64,000 nt of DNA. Source: Porphyridium purpureum (taxonomy: Eukaryota). Position 1 is the stretch's first letter, and each line of letters starts with the position of its first letter. Below the pieces are notes generated by a model that was not told the origin of the DNA, did not search any database, and saw only the letters and a list, made by a program, of their open reading frames with translations. The stretch lies in contig VRMN01000005.1 in assembly GCA_008690995.1 (NCBI GenBank), positions 558,001 to 622,000 on the forward strand. Reading direction: 5' to 3'. Shown in pieces: positions 41,122 to 51,676 of this stretch. The position numbers were made by a program, and so were the translations under genes.

Positions 41122-42395
41122 TTCCCCGGCAAAAAACACGTTCTTCTCTCGTTCCCGGTTGCGCCCTCTTCCCGAGTTGCTCGAATTCGGCTACACAGAC
41201 GCCAGCAGGCTTGACTGCCTCGGGTCACACTCCCGCCGAATGTAGGGTGGAGGTGGAGGCACGCGAGACGCGCCTGAACGATGGCAAGTGTGCTTTCACC
41301 TGGATGGCGGTGAAAGGCCTCGTTCTTAAAGTGTATTGAACGCAGCACGCGTATGGGTGTGACAGAAGAAAGCCCACGGTCAACATCAAGTTCTACAGCA
41401 CCGGTTCGGCCTTGACTCATCAACCGGATTTCCTCGCAGAGGCTTCCAATCCGAGTGAGAGCCATGGGCTTACCTTGTCGCTCGACTTCAGAATCGCGAA
41501 AGATAAAGCGGTAGAGCAGGTATCTTATCGGGGCACGAAGAGACTGAGGGAAGGAGCTCTGCATCGTGTGAAGGTGCCTGACAGATGGGGGAGAATCTCT
41601 GCAAATTTCGCTGCTGTCTGAATGGCCTTTTACATGCAGAGCATGTTGATCCTTCGCGAAAACACAAGGCCCTCATTGGATTTTCGCGATGGTGCAATTT
41701 TGGGCGTGACGTGTGCAGGCCACTGCAACGCAATATTCGACAAGTACGCCAGTCAAAATTTAAAACATTCAGCCGCACGACACCATGCTGACAGCCACAC
41801 CTCGTACTGTTCGTGTCGGCCCGTAATGTCTCCGAGTCCTTGGATCCGAAACCCAAACAAAGTCGGTCAAACATGGCCCAAATTACACAGGCAAACACAC
41901 AACCACAACAAGAACAAACAAGAAAGCGCGTCGCAAAAGATCTCCTGGCCCACCATTCAGCTTCTGATGGACGTGGCTGTGCCTAGAACATTCTCGTCGC
42001 AAGTCTGTGTGCCGAGGAGGCGCTGTCACAAACTTCTTGCGCAAAACTTGGCATGAGCACGAAACACTTGGACGCGGGCAAAAGAACTTCCCGACCCAAA
42101 ATCGCGACGTTCAGATTCCATCTGGTTGCTGTTTTGGGCTTGCCATGACATGCACATGTGTGTAAGTGACGCATCATCCGTGCATGTCCCGCAAGACTCT
42201 GAGAGTTCGAAGTGCGAATGGCGGCGCCAATACCTGCCGCGTGCTCCGTACGCGAAGTCAAGACGGACCGATAACGGTGCTCGGTTTAACGGTTTCAAAA
42301 GCGATCGGTGATGTTGCACGGCGCGAATGGCATGCTAGTTGGGGGCGTGATGTGAGCTTGGCGAGCGAGTGCGCGTTGCGTTGCCGGTGTGCGGG

Positions 42396-43811
42396 ATGGC
42401 GGGGAAGGTGCAGTGCGATGCCAGTGTCGAACAGCACCTACTCGATGTAACCAAGTCGCTGCACCAAGGCGTTGCGTCTTCAAGTGCGCGCAGGAATGAC
42501 GGCGGCCAATTTCTGACAGGTGTGCTGCTGGGGTTGCGCACGGATGAGGAGCCGTCGACAAACGAGGGCGTGCTCAGTGAGCGCCGCGGTGGCGATGGAT
42601 GGTCGTATGTCATCGTCCGGGCTGTCAGGACTCCGCACGACGTGGAGCAGGAAGATGAGGATGATGAAGCCGGCCAGCTGGATTGGATGCTCGAGCACGC
42701 CAACCAAGTCGCACGAATGCTCCCTGGCGGCATGTTTGTGGCCGGGTTCTATGTTGTGTACGCGCTCGATCACGCGGCCATGCCGTTCCAGGAACACCGA
42801 CTTGCGTCGGCGGCCGTGGAAGCATCCGCCTTGCTTCGTCCGCTCGTGCTCATGCCATCAAGGACGCAGCCCAGGAAGTTTCTGTGCAAACGCGCATGCA
42901 CGGAAAAGGGCGCTCCGTCTCTGGAACCCTTTGAGTTGCGTTTTGTCTCCGGGCTTGGTGCAAAAATCGTGTACAGGCACTTGCCATGTCATCTACAACT
43001 GCGGATGAGACGGGAGACCGCGCGACAGAATGAAGACAACCTGCCGAAGGGCGCGTTTGATGTTGATTTGGTAAGCCTCTTTGCAGATTTGGTCGGTGAC
43101 CTGTGCTTCCAGATGGATCCGTCGTCAGATGATCTCTCAGTTTATTTTCGCGCGTCGTCGTCGCGTGAAATCGATGCGCTATTGTCACGGCCCATCAGCA
43201 CACCCACTTTGACCAAGTTGCTAGACGTATCGCTTTGCATGGTCTTTGTCTCTGCCTGCATGGAATCGGCCACTCCCGCGATGCGATGCGCTGCATTGAC
43301 GATGGACGCGCTCAATTCCCAGAGAGCACGCGTGCAACTTTTCTACGAGGCACGTGAGAATGGAGACGACGATGACCGTGAAACGAACCAGGGCGCTGCA
43401 CCAGCGTCTGTCGATGTGGCGTGCCTACCCCGGCGCGTGCAAGTTAGTTGCACAGGATCATCTGGAAGTGCGGTCTGTTTCTTCGACTTTTGCGGAGAAA
43501 GCGAGGCAGACGTGGACGTCTACGCGCGGGCTGAAGAGCTGCTCGGGCTGCAGGAGGTGCGCGTCACAGAGCTGGAACGATTTGCGAACAGTGTGAAGGA
43601 CGAAACCGTTCCAGAGGTTGCGAGGTGCCCGAATCCAGCTGTGTTACATAGCCAGATGAATTCGGAATTCAAACGCAGTGAGACAACAGAGCATACCGTG
43701 GTCGACCCCCGGCTGGCGTCGCAAGCGTCGCAGAACGCGCGCGTGCTGCTCCTACTGGTAGGAACCGCACTGCTGGTCCTAATGCTCGCCATTGTAATAA
43801 AAAGGGCCTAG
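42396..43811 (+). CDS. ODR4: ODR-4-like tail-anchored ER protein
   Basis: DWMLEHANQVARMLPGGMFVAGFYV, LPRRV...FFDF, and a C-terminal TM (VLLLLVGTALLVLMLAIVI). Confidence 0.85.
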   Translation: MAGKVQCDASVEQHLLDVTKSLHQGVASSSARRNDGGQFLTGVLLGLRTDEEPSTNEGVLSERRGGDGWSYVIVRAVRTPHDVEQEDEDDEAGQLDWMLEHANQVARMLPGGMFVAGFYVVYALDHAAMPFQEHRLASAAVEASALLRPLVLMPSRTQPRKFLCKRACTEKGAPSLEPFELRFVSGLGAKIVYRHLPCHLQLRMRRETARQNEDNLPKGAFDVDLVSLFADLVGDLCFQMDPSSDDLSVYFRASSSREIDALLSRPISTPTLTKLLDVSLCMVFVSACMESATPAMRCAALTMDALNSQRARVQLFYEARENGDDDDRETNQGAAPASVDVACLPRRVQVSCTGSSGSAVCFFDFCGESEADVDVYARAEELLGLQEVRVTELERFANSVKDETVPEVARCPNPAVLHSQMNSEFKRSETTEHTVVDPRLASQASQNARVLLLLVGTALLVLMLAIVIKRA

Positions 43812-43877
43812 CGTGTTTATGTTCATATGCAAAGCGTGCATCTTGCCCTTCAAGTTGCACCACCTCATCTCGCTATA

Positions 43878-45680
43878 TCAACGAAATTGTGAAGGGTTGG
43901 AGAAGTCCCCTGGTCTCCAACTGACATTCAAGAGCTTGGGGATCGTCGACGGTGCTGATTCGTCTGTGACACCAAACGAGCTCATGGAAGAAAGCGAAGC
44001 CCATTCACCGTCATCATAGCTCGGTATGCCTGAAGCCATTCCGAACCTCTTCGAGTTGTTCAACGAATTTTCGCGGGTACCGGCCATGGGCGAACTCTGT
44101 AATGGAGTGAGCGCTTCCGCAAAGGTCGAACCCAGTGAACGCCGACGTACAGGATTTCCCGGTCGAGAGATGCCAGGCTGCTTCAGCACCGTCATCTCGG
44201 TCAGTACCGAGGCCGCAGCAGGAGCGTGAGTGCACGGAGGAGGCACATCCACGCGGAAACTATTTACCAAGATGAGCATGCACGTCACGTCGTCACTGCT
44301 TCCACGACTCACCGCGAGCTCGACGAGCGACTGGCACGTTGATTCCAGCGACACCGCCTCCGCGCCGGACGATTTCTGAGCTAAGACGTGCCGCACAGCT
44401 TCTTCATCGGACACAAAGTCCCACAGCCCATCAGATGCGAGCAGGACAAACTCGTCGCTCGCTTCGAGATACCGATCCACCACTTCTGGCTCCGCGGTGA
44501 CGTATGACTTCAGGTTGCTGTCCCCAAACGCGCGCGACACCGATAGGACGCCGTCTACCCGGTTCATGAGCACAAAGCCACCAAGTCCCTCAATGCGCCC
44601 GATTTCATCCTCGCGCGTAGCGCGGTGGTCCTTGGACAAGGTCAGCGCAGTCCCATCACTTCTCCCGAGGACCGCTCGAGTATCTCCCACCCAAGCTACA
44701 AACATGCGCCCATTCTTGAATATGACCGACGACGCTGTTGCACCGCACAAGTCCTGAAGGTTCGTGGCGCAGACACGCGCGTCAAATTCTAAAAAGGCCT
44801 CGACCACCGCGCGTTGTGTTTCTGCCGGCGTCGAATCTCTGTCCTGATTTGAAAAGGCAGACTTGGCCGCAATGGACTGCAAAAGATCGTCACGTGCGGC
44901 CGTCGCAACCTGCTGGCCTCCGTGTCCGTCAAAGACCGCAAAGAGGCCCGACGGCGGCCTCGCTTTCCTACGCGGGCTGCCGTATTCAATGTCCATAACC
45001 TCGGGTTGTTGCCTTTGTTGATGATGGCGCTGATGCTGCTCTTGCCGTTGCCGGTCCAGATGCCCGTCCAAGTCTGGCACTGCGCTCCACGTGTCTTCGC
45101 AGACAGCGCGCTTGCTGCCCCGTCGCCGCACGACCCAGTATAAATTTGACTCTCCGCTGGACTCTATCTCCGGGACTGTCCTTTTCAGTTGAAACGGTGC
45201 GGCTACGCTCAAGGAATGTCCAAAGGGAAGAACTGTGTTTTCGCTATTCCCGCTTTCGCCATCGCTCGAACCCAGGCTTGGCGTACTGTGCATGTCCACG
45301 GCGCCGAGCCTCAGACTATTACGTTTGCGGAAAAGCCTCCTGTGCGAGCTCGGCGGGCCCGCCTGCAGCCTCTCTGGTTTCATTCCGCGCGCGGGCGAGA
45401 AAATGCCCGGCTGTGACGGATGTTGCTGCGAGAGCTGCTGTTGCTGTGCTTGTGCTTGCTGCCGCGAGAGCAGGTGTGCGCACTCTAGCTCGTTCGCTTC
45501 GGCTGCCCTGGACGTCAAGCACGAATCTATTGCCATCGGCTGGACTGCGCCGTCCAGCGTGCCCTTTACGGGACTCATCTCGTCCACAACCAGCTGTGGC
45601 GGGCGCCTCCTCTGCGACAGCGACGACGGACCCGACGAAGTCGGCATCACCGCGTCACGTCCGTACATTGTGTTCTCCAT
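43878..45680 (-). CDS. Protein phosphatase 2C with low-complexity N-terminal extension
   Basis: CED, FAVFDGHGG, AWVGDTRAVL, LSVSRAFGD, LLASDGLWD, GSSDDVT. Start at 45680 (MENTMYG) is inferred. Confidence 0.93.
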   Translation of the reverse strand: MENTMYGRDAVMPTSSGPSSLSQRRRPPQLVVDEMSPVKGTLDGAVQPMAIDSCLTSRAAEANELECAHLLSRQQAQAQQQQLSQQHPSQPGIFSPARGMKPERLQAGPPSSHRRLFRKRNSLRLGAVDMHSTPSLGSSDGESGNSENTVLPFGHSLSVAAPFQLKRTVPEIESSGESNLYWVVRRRGSKRAVCEDTWSAVPDLDGHLDRQRQEQHQRHHQQRQQPEVMDIEYGSPRRKARPPSGLFAVFDGHGGQQVATAARDDLLQSIAAKSAFSNQDRDSTPAETQRAVVEAFLEFDARVCATNLQDLCGATASSVIFKNGRMFVAWVGDTRAVLGRSDGTALTLSKDHRATREDEIGRIEGLGGFVLMNRVDGVLSVSRAFGDSNLKSYVTAEPEVVDRYLEASDEFVLLASDGLWDFVSDEEAVRHVLAQKSSGAEAVSLESTCQSLVELAVSRGSSDDVTCMLILVNSFRVDVPPPCTHAPAAASVLTEMTVLKQPGISRPGNPVRRRSLGSTFAEALTPLQSSPMAGTRENSLNNSKRFGMASGIPSYDDGEWASLSSMSSFGVTDESAPSTIPKLLNVSWRPGDFSNPSQFR

Positions 45681-47210
45681 CCATCCATCTATCCGCGCAC
45701 CCGTCTCTCCCCACCACAACGACTCTCTCACACGACAAGCACACACGTGTTTGCACACACGTTGCCGCCTCTCTGCCCGTCTCGGATTCCACCGCAGCCT
45801 CTTATATCCTTCTGCCTGTGCTCTTTCTGTTGCGTGATGCTGCGCGTCGCTGCTGCATCCAACATGCACGACGGGGCACACACGCGTACGACTCCACTCA
45901 CGACCGAGCGCCGCTGCGCTACGTCAACACAAACACACACACACACAGTCGTCGCGCGGCGGAGGGCGGTTTGCTGTCAAATCGCGTGTGGCGCAATGCT
46001 TGCTTGCTTTCTTGCCGTACCGCTCTGTCTCTCGCTCACGGTTCGTCTGATTCAAGCTGTTATTCCCTCTCGTCCGTTCCTTCCTTTCAACACCCACCCA
46101 CTCACTCTCCAACAACCAACCCAGCACTCCGTTCTATCTATATCCTCCATCACCATCATCATCACTCTCCTCCTTCTCCTTTATCCTCTTGTCTCATCAC
46201 CGCCTCACTCCAGATTAAACGCGCTGCTGCCGCGTCCTCGTTCTCTCTTTCTCTCTTTCTCTCTCTTTCTCACCCGCCAGCCAACATGTCCACCACCATC
46301 ACCACCACCACCACATGCTCCAATGTATTAATAACTTTTAGCCCCTTTCTCTCAAAGAAAACACCCCCCCTCACCCTCACCCACACACACACACAAACAC
46401 CCTAGTAAGCGATCTGCTTCTGCGTCTGTCATCCTGCCCAATCGACGGCTCTATGCTACACCCTCTTTGCAATTCAGCAATTTTTCGGCTGATTTGTATT
46501 TTTACCGCGCGGATCTTCTGAAACGACCGCGTGGCAATGATATTTGTATCGAAGCGCCGATCTATTTTTAGAGCGCGACCGAATTCAGCCGCCCTTTCCG
46601 GCGCGTGTCTACTACGTGTGTCGGGTGTGTATGGCTGGGTGTGTGCATGACACCCTCCCACACACACACTAGAACTCCGATACGTGCCAACATGACGCCA
46701 TCGTTATACGTCAATGAGTTATGTTTATATATAGACAGGTATAGATCGGTCCACGTAACTCGCGTGCGTGTGTGGCAGCAGCTATGAATAACGACGACGT
46801 GGATTTTTACGCAGGGAGGTACAGCGGGCGTATGAAAAAAGGTCAGCCCGCGGAACAGGGCGCACACGTCACCGCAGAAATCGAAAGCGCCCCGTCCGCG
46901 TCATGCCGCATGACATTGCAATCCGCATCACCATCTCATCGGCACGCATGCGCCATTGCTATGCTTTTACTAGAAAAGTCACGCCCCACGTTTTTACCTA
47001 GTGAAAACGCGCTCAATTTAGTAAGAGATGAGCAAGGAGGATTAAAGTGTACCCACACCAACTGAACACACTGTACTTGATTGTGCGCGCGAAAGCGAAT
47101 TGACAAGTTGGGCTCCGAGTGGCGCGATGTGAGATGGGGGTGAGCGTGGGGGTGGGGGAAAGAGAGAGAGAGGAAAGCAGGAATGGTGTGGCTTGGCATT
47201 GTTAGCGGAA

Positions 47211-48893
47211 ATGCGCGCGCTGACATGGCGAGGACATGTGCACTCCGCGCGCGAAGGCAAGGCAGATGACGACGGCGTGGCGCGACAGCGCGGAAGCGGG
47301 GAGGGTGCATGTGGGTGGTGGGCCGCGTGGCTTCCGCTCGCTGCGGTCGGGCCGAACGCATCTGCTGGCGGCGGCAGGCCGCTGATGCCGTACGGAGCCT
47401 CATCGGCTCGTTCCGGCCGCGCGAGCGTGGTCGTTGGTGTCGCTGTGATCTCTGTGCTGCTCCTGCTTGGGATGATCGCAAAGTTGCGATGGAGCGTGCG
47501 CCGCGGCGGCGGCGCGGCCAGTAGTCCGGCCCAGGCAACCTCGGCACGAGAAGGTGCGCCGCGAGAAGCGGATGGCCGACTTGCTGGCGAAATGATTTTG
47601 AAAGTCCCTGCGCCTGCCCAAAAAGGAGCCACATGGCCCGATGAGAACGGCAGGGACACGCACCCTGCTGATGACGTAACGTGGGACGACGTGGCACACG
47701 ATGTAGTGATCTGCATAAAGACGGGACCCGAGGTGCAAGATCAGCGGCTCGCAGAGGCACGCCGGACGTGGATGCGCGATCGAAATATACCAAACTTGGT
47801 TGTGCTGAGCACGGTGCGCGTCGAGCTCTGGGCAGGCTTTTTCTCCGTAGATATTCACGAGTACGCCGAACGGCTCGCGGAAAAGGTGAATTTCAACATG
47901 AACGGAGTTCTGTTTCATGACGGCTGGGCAGGTGACAAGGACAAGAACCTGCCCGGAGTCTCGTTCTTGTACCGTGAGTTTCCGAAGAAAAAGGTCTATG
48001 TCATGATCGACGACGACACCTACTTGTTCTTGGATAACTTGGCGCACAATCTGCTGCGCGAGCGCGACCAGAGCTTGAGCAAAGTGTGGCATCACGCGTT
48101 TCGGAAACCCGTGTTCGCGGGCAGGTTGTATCGCGTCGACAAGTGCTGGATCTACAGCGTCAAGCGCGGCTCCAATTTGCTGTTTGCCCACGGCGGGTCA
48201 GGGATCATCATGAACAACGCCGCCCTGCGTCGTCTATACCCCACAATTCCGTCGTGCATGAAGCGCATCTCTCCGCATTGCTGGGCAGGCGATGCGATCC
48301 TCGCTGCGTGCATGGACGAGGTGCACATTCGCGCATCGCGATCTCGACTCGTGAACGGTGAGCACCTCAGTTGGGCTCTGCTTGGGCCTGAGCGTAAAAA
48401 GCTCGGGCGGCCGTTGTTGTGGGCGAGCGCGTTGCGCATTGTTTCAATGCATCAGCTTCCGCCGCACGAAATGGACCTTCTAGCACGATTTGAGCGGATT
48501 CAAGATCCTCACCGTCCGCGCACGTTTGCTGAGCTCAAGGCGTATGCGTTGGCGCCGGAGCAGAACCTGACGCTGACTCCGCGCAGATGGTATAAGAAGA
48601 AGAAGGAGCTGGAGCAACAACAACCAGAACTGCGACAACGAGAACCGCACCATGGTGACTCTCAGCAACGAGACCATCCGCAGGCGGTGGACGACGGGCA
48701 GGAGGGAGACCCGCGGCAAGCACTGGGGGCGATCAAGGAGGACGAAAAATCGTCAGTTGAGCGCCTTGACCGAAATGAAGAAGGCCAGCCGGTCATGGAT
48801 GAACCAGGGGATGACATTGCCGATGCCCGCGCAGGCCGACACGATGCCGTGCTAGAGGCAAACATGGTACACGATAGAGAGCCGCCCGTCTGA
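47211..48893 (+). CDS. GT31 / Fringe-like glycosyltransferase (type II membrane)
   Basis: TM anchor, VICIKT, DxD motif VMIDDDTYLFLDNL, FAHGGSGIIMN, AGDAILAACM, SMH. Start 47211 or 47385. Confidence 0.85.
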   Translation: MRALTWRGHVHSAREGKADDDGVARQRGSGEGACGWWAAWLPLAAVGPNASAGGGRPLMPYGASSARSGRASVVVGVAVISVLLLLGMIAKLRWSVRRGGGAASSPAQATSAREGAPREADGRLAGEMILKVPAPAQKGATWPDENGRDTHPADDVTWDDVAHDVVICIKTGPEVQDQRLAEARRTWMRDRNIPNLVVLSTVRVELWAGFFSVDIHEYAERLAEKVNFNMNGVLFHDGWAGDKDKNLPGVSFLYREFPKKKVYVMIDDDTYLFLDNLAHNLLRERDQSLSKVWHHAFRKPVFAGRLYRVDKCWIYSVKRGSNLLFAHGGSGIIMNNAALRRLYPTIPSCMKRISPHCWAGDAILAACMDEVHIRASRSRLVNGEHLSWALLGPERKKLGRPLLWASALRIVSMHQLPPHEMDLLARFERIQDPHRPRTFAELKAYALAPEQNLTLTPRRWYKKKKELEQQQPELRQREPHHGDSQQRDHPQAVDDGQEGDPRQALGAIKEDEKSSVERLDRNEEGQPVMDEPGDDIADARAGRHDAVLEANMVHDREPPV

Positions 48894-49027
48894 TCAGCAC
48901 CAGCACGGGTCGAACCCCACGTGGACACGTTCTTTTCATAGGACACAATGTTGATAATATTAATTTGAGTAAGTTTCGAGGGACCGAACAGGATAACATC
49001 GGTCGTAGTGATAGCGCGCCGTGCCGC

Positions 49028-49615
49028 TCAAAAGAAGTTTGACTTTTTTATGACCGCCAGGTACTCCTGTTCGCTAACTTCACCGTCGCCGTCCGTGTCC
49101 GCGGCCTGAATCATACGCACCAATGCGTCGTCGTCCAAGTCCTCGCCCAAATGCTGCACTACTGCGCGGAGGTCGTTCAGCGCAATGGAGCCCTTCTCGC
49201 CGCGGTCAAACAGGGAGAACGCGATGCGTAGCTCCTGATTGAGCGCCCGCTCGCTCACTTGGTAGGCCATCATCTCGGTGAACTCTTGGATCTCGACCCA
49301 GCCGTCCTTATCTGGGTCGCAGATAATCATGAGTTGGCGCAGCTCCTCGCGGCTCGGGTCAAAGCCAAGTGCCTTCATCGCGTTCTTCAAGTTCTTCTGG
49401 TCAAGGCCCTTGTCCTCCTTCTCAAAAATGTAAAAGGACTCCTGAATTTCCTCCACTTGCTCGTCAGTCAGTTTGTCCTTGTACGCCACCTTTTGCGCGC
49501 CGCCGGCGGCGCCGCCCAGCGACGCCGGGCCAGACATCGATACTGGCCCCAGCCCATCGTTCCCGGCGCCGCGGCGCTCGCCGAAGAACGCCACACCAAG
49601 CTTACTCGTCACCAT
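49028..49615 (-). CDS. Centrin/caltractin-like EF-hand protein
   Basis: LTDEQVEEIQESF, AMKALGFDP, EF loops DPDKDGWVEIQE and DTDGDGEVSEQE, and a centrin-type C-terminus IKKSNFF. Confidence 0.8.
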   Translation of the reverse strand: MVTSKLGVAFFGERRGAGNDGLGPVSMSGPASLGGAAGGAQKVAYKDKLTDEQVEEIQESFYIFEKEDKGLDQKNLKNAMKALGFDPSREELRQLMIICDPDKDGWVEIQEFTEMMAYQVSERALNQELRIAFSLFDRGEKGSIALNDLRAVVQHLGEDLDDDALVRMIQAADTDGDGEVSEQEYLAVIKKSNFF

Positions 49616-50008
49616 CTCCCCCAGCAATCCGCTTCACCCACACCTTTCTCGGAAAACGGCCGCAAGTCCAGCCTCCGTGATGGTCCACTGCACCTTGTTC
49701 CCCCAAGCCACAACCAAACAACCGACACCCCTTTCCCACGTACGTTCCCCTCCCGTCTTCCAAACTCGTCAACCTGCTCAAGTGCGAAGGGTCGCAAGCG
49801 AGTGTTCAAACATTTCTCCCCGGTTTTCCTTTGCTTCTCGTCTTGTGTGTGTCCTTTTCGCGGTAGCCTTTTTCCATTTGTCATTTACTAGCCTTGGCCG
49901 TGCGTATCTGGTACAAGCAAAGTGGTGGCGAGTGACCGGACGCCATGCATCTCAACGCGCGAGCTCGATGGGTGCGTTTCATTTCGCATGCTGCAGGATA
50001 CGGCGGTG

Positions 50009-51316
50009 CTACTGTATCACTAGCCGTTCTAAAATCAGATTGATGTCGTCTTCGTTGGCGTCCTCACTCTCGTCGCTCGAGTCGGCCCCGGCGTCGTCGT
50101 CTTCGCCGTCGGAGCGCTCGTCGTCGTTTTCGCTCAGGCTACCGAGACGATCCTCGAGGAGCGCAGCAATTTCCGTACAGCACGATTCCGACAGGGCGTT
50201 TCCGTCTAGCTCTAGCTTCTCCAGCTTCTCCAGCTGCGCCGCGCGCTGCGCGAGCGCCATCGCGCCCCGGTCCGACATCTGGTTGGTCTTCATGTTGATC
50301 TTCCTCATCGAGGTGTGCACCTCTGGCACAAATCCTTCAGCAATAACTACGCAGCCGCTGGTTTCAAACTCGTTTTCCTCCGCCACGAATTCTTCCAGCG
50401 CAGGCAGCATGGGCAACAGCTGCCGGAGCTGCTTCGCACCCTTCTTGGTCAACTCGTTACACGACACGTCCAGCACTCGAAGCTTGGAGGCGCCGCGCAG
50501 GCCATGGACAATGTACTTTACCCCAATATCGCCCAGCGATACGTCGCGCAGGCTCAGCTCCTCGAGTTCTCTCATGATGGCCAGGGCTTTAGCAAGTTCA
50601 ACCGCCGCGGCCTCGCCCAACGTGCTATCACTGATCTCGAGCTTGCGCATGTTTTTCGCTGCGCTCAGCGCCTTGGCCAACGCCAGGCTGCCTTCGCGCC
50701 TCATTCGCAGACTCGAGAAGCGCAAGTCGCACAGCTCTGGAGATCCTGCAAGGAGTGGCGCGAGCTCAATCGCACCCCGGTCTTCGAGCAGGTTATTAAA
50801 GAAATGGATGGTTTTGAGCTTTGTCTGCCGCGTGCCACTGTCTGCCAGGTCGTCACCTAGCAACATCCGCGTGATTAGCCTTCCAGCGTCGGCTGCCAGT
50901 CCATTGTTGCAGAAGAAGACGTGTTCGAGTGCATCTTGATCGGTGAACAGCGCCGCAAATGCAGAAATACCTTTGGCTCCCAGAGCGTTATCACTGACGT
51001 CGATTTCGCGCAGCTGCACGCCCGGCAATGAATTCGCAATACGCTGCAATACGCGCAGCGCCTCGTCCTCTGGTCGTCCGGCGATGATGTCCGCCACGCA
51101 CAGGCGTTCCAGCTGGTGCGAATCGTGAGCGGCCACTTTCGCCAGATGCGAAGCCACCACAAATGACGCCGGCTCACCGATAGACTTGCCCGACAAATCG
51201 ATCCTGTGGAAGGTGGGCCCGTCGCGATCCAGCTCTTTCAGCAGCTCCTCGCACCGATCGGCGTCGAGCATCTCCCGCTTCTTGTCGTCATACTCAAACA
51301 CACGTTCCTCCTTCAT
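50009..51316 (-). CDS. RANGAP1: Ran GTPase-activating protein
   Basis: LRR array with DIIAGRPEDEAL, DVSDNALGAKG, NNGL, FFNNLLEDRGA, and an acidic tail (LSENDDE...). No WPP domain. Confidence 0.92.
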   Translation of the reverse strand: MKEERVFEYDDKKREMLDADRCEELLKELDRDGPTFHRIDLSGKSIGEPASFVVASHLAKVAAHDSHQLERLCVADIIAGRPEDEALRVLQRIANSLPGVQLREIDVSDNALGAKGISAFAALFTDQDALEHVFFCNNGLAADAGRLITRMLLGDDLADSGTRQTKLKTIHFFNNLLEDRGAIELAPLLAGSPELCDLRFSSLRMRREGSLALAKALSAAKNMRKLEISDSTLGEAAAVELAKALAIMRELEELSLRDVSLGDIGVKYIVHGLRGASKLRVLDVSCNELTKKGAKQLRQLLPMLPALEEFVAEENEFETSGCVVIAEGFVPEVHTSMRKINMKTNQMSDRGAMALAQRAAQLEKLEKLELDGNALSESCCTEIAALLEDRLGSLSENDDERSDGEDDDAGADSSDESEDANEDDINLILERLVIQ

Positions 51317-51676
51317 CCTATCACCCTGGCTCCTTCAGCCGACAAGCCCTCCGCAATGCACTAGAGCGCGGTCTTCTCCTCCCAAAGACCTGCCGGACGC
51401 CGCCGTTATCGAGATGCTCTCTCCCCTCGCCCCCTCTTCCCTCTCCTCTCTGAGCACCTCTGGACCCCTCTCCAGGACCACGCGACCAACCTTGTCGTTT
51501 ATCCTTATCGGATAATCAGTTTAATGACTTGTCACCTCATCGACTTATTGGTTTAACGGTCTATTGGTTTAGTGGTTTAATGGTTTATTGGAGTACGAGA
51601 CGGTAGAGGCGGGAGGTAAATGGGTTGATGGGAAGGGAGTGGCGGGAGATAGGATGTCGTCGAGCAGACGATTAGG

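Noticed and set aside
45146..46405. 419-aa plus-strand ORF
   Set aside because: Antisense to PP2C and runs through microsatellites; no domain.
49473..50939. 488-aa plus-strand ORF
   Set aside because: Antisense shadow of RanGAP/centrin; Ser-rich translation typical of the reverse frame of a GC-rich CDS.
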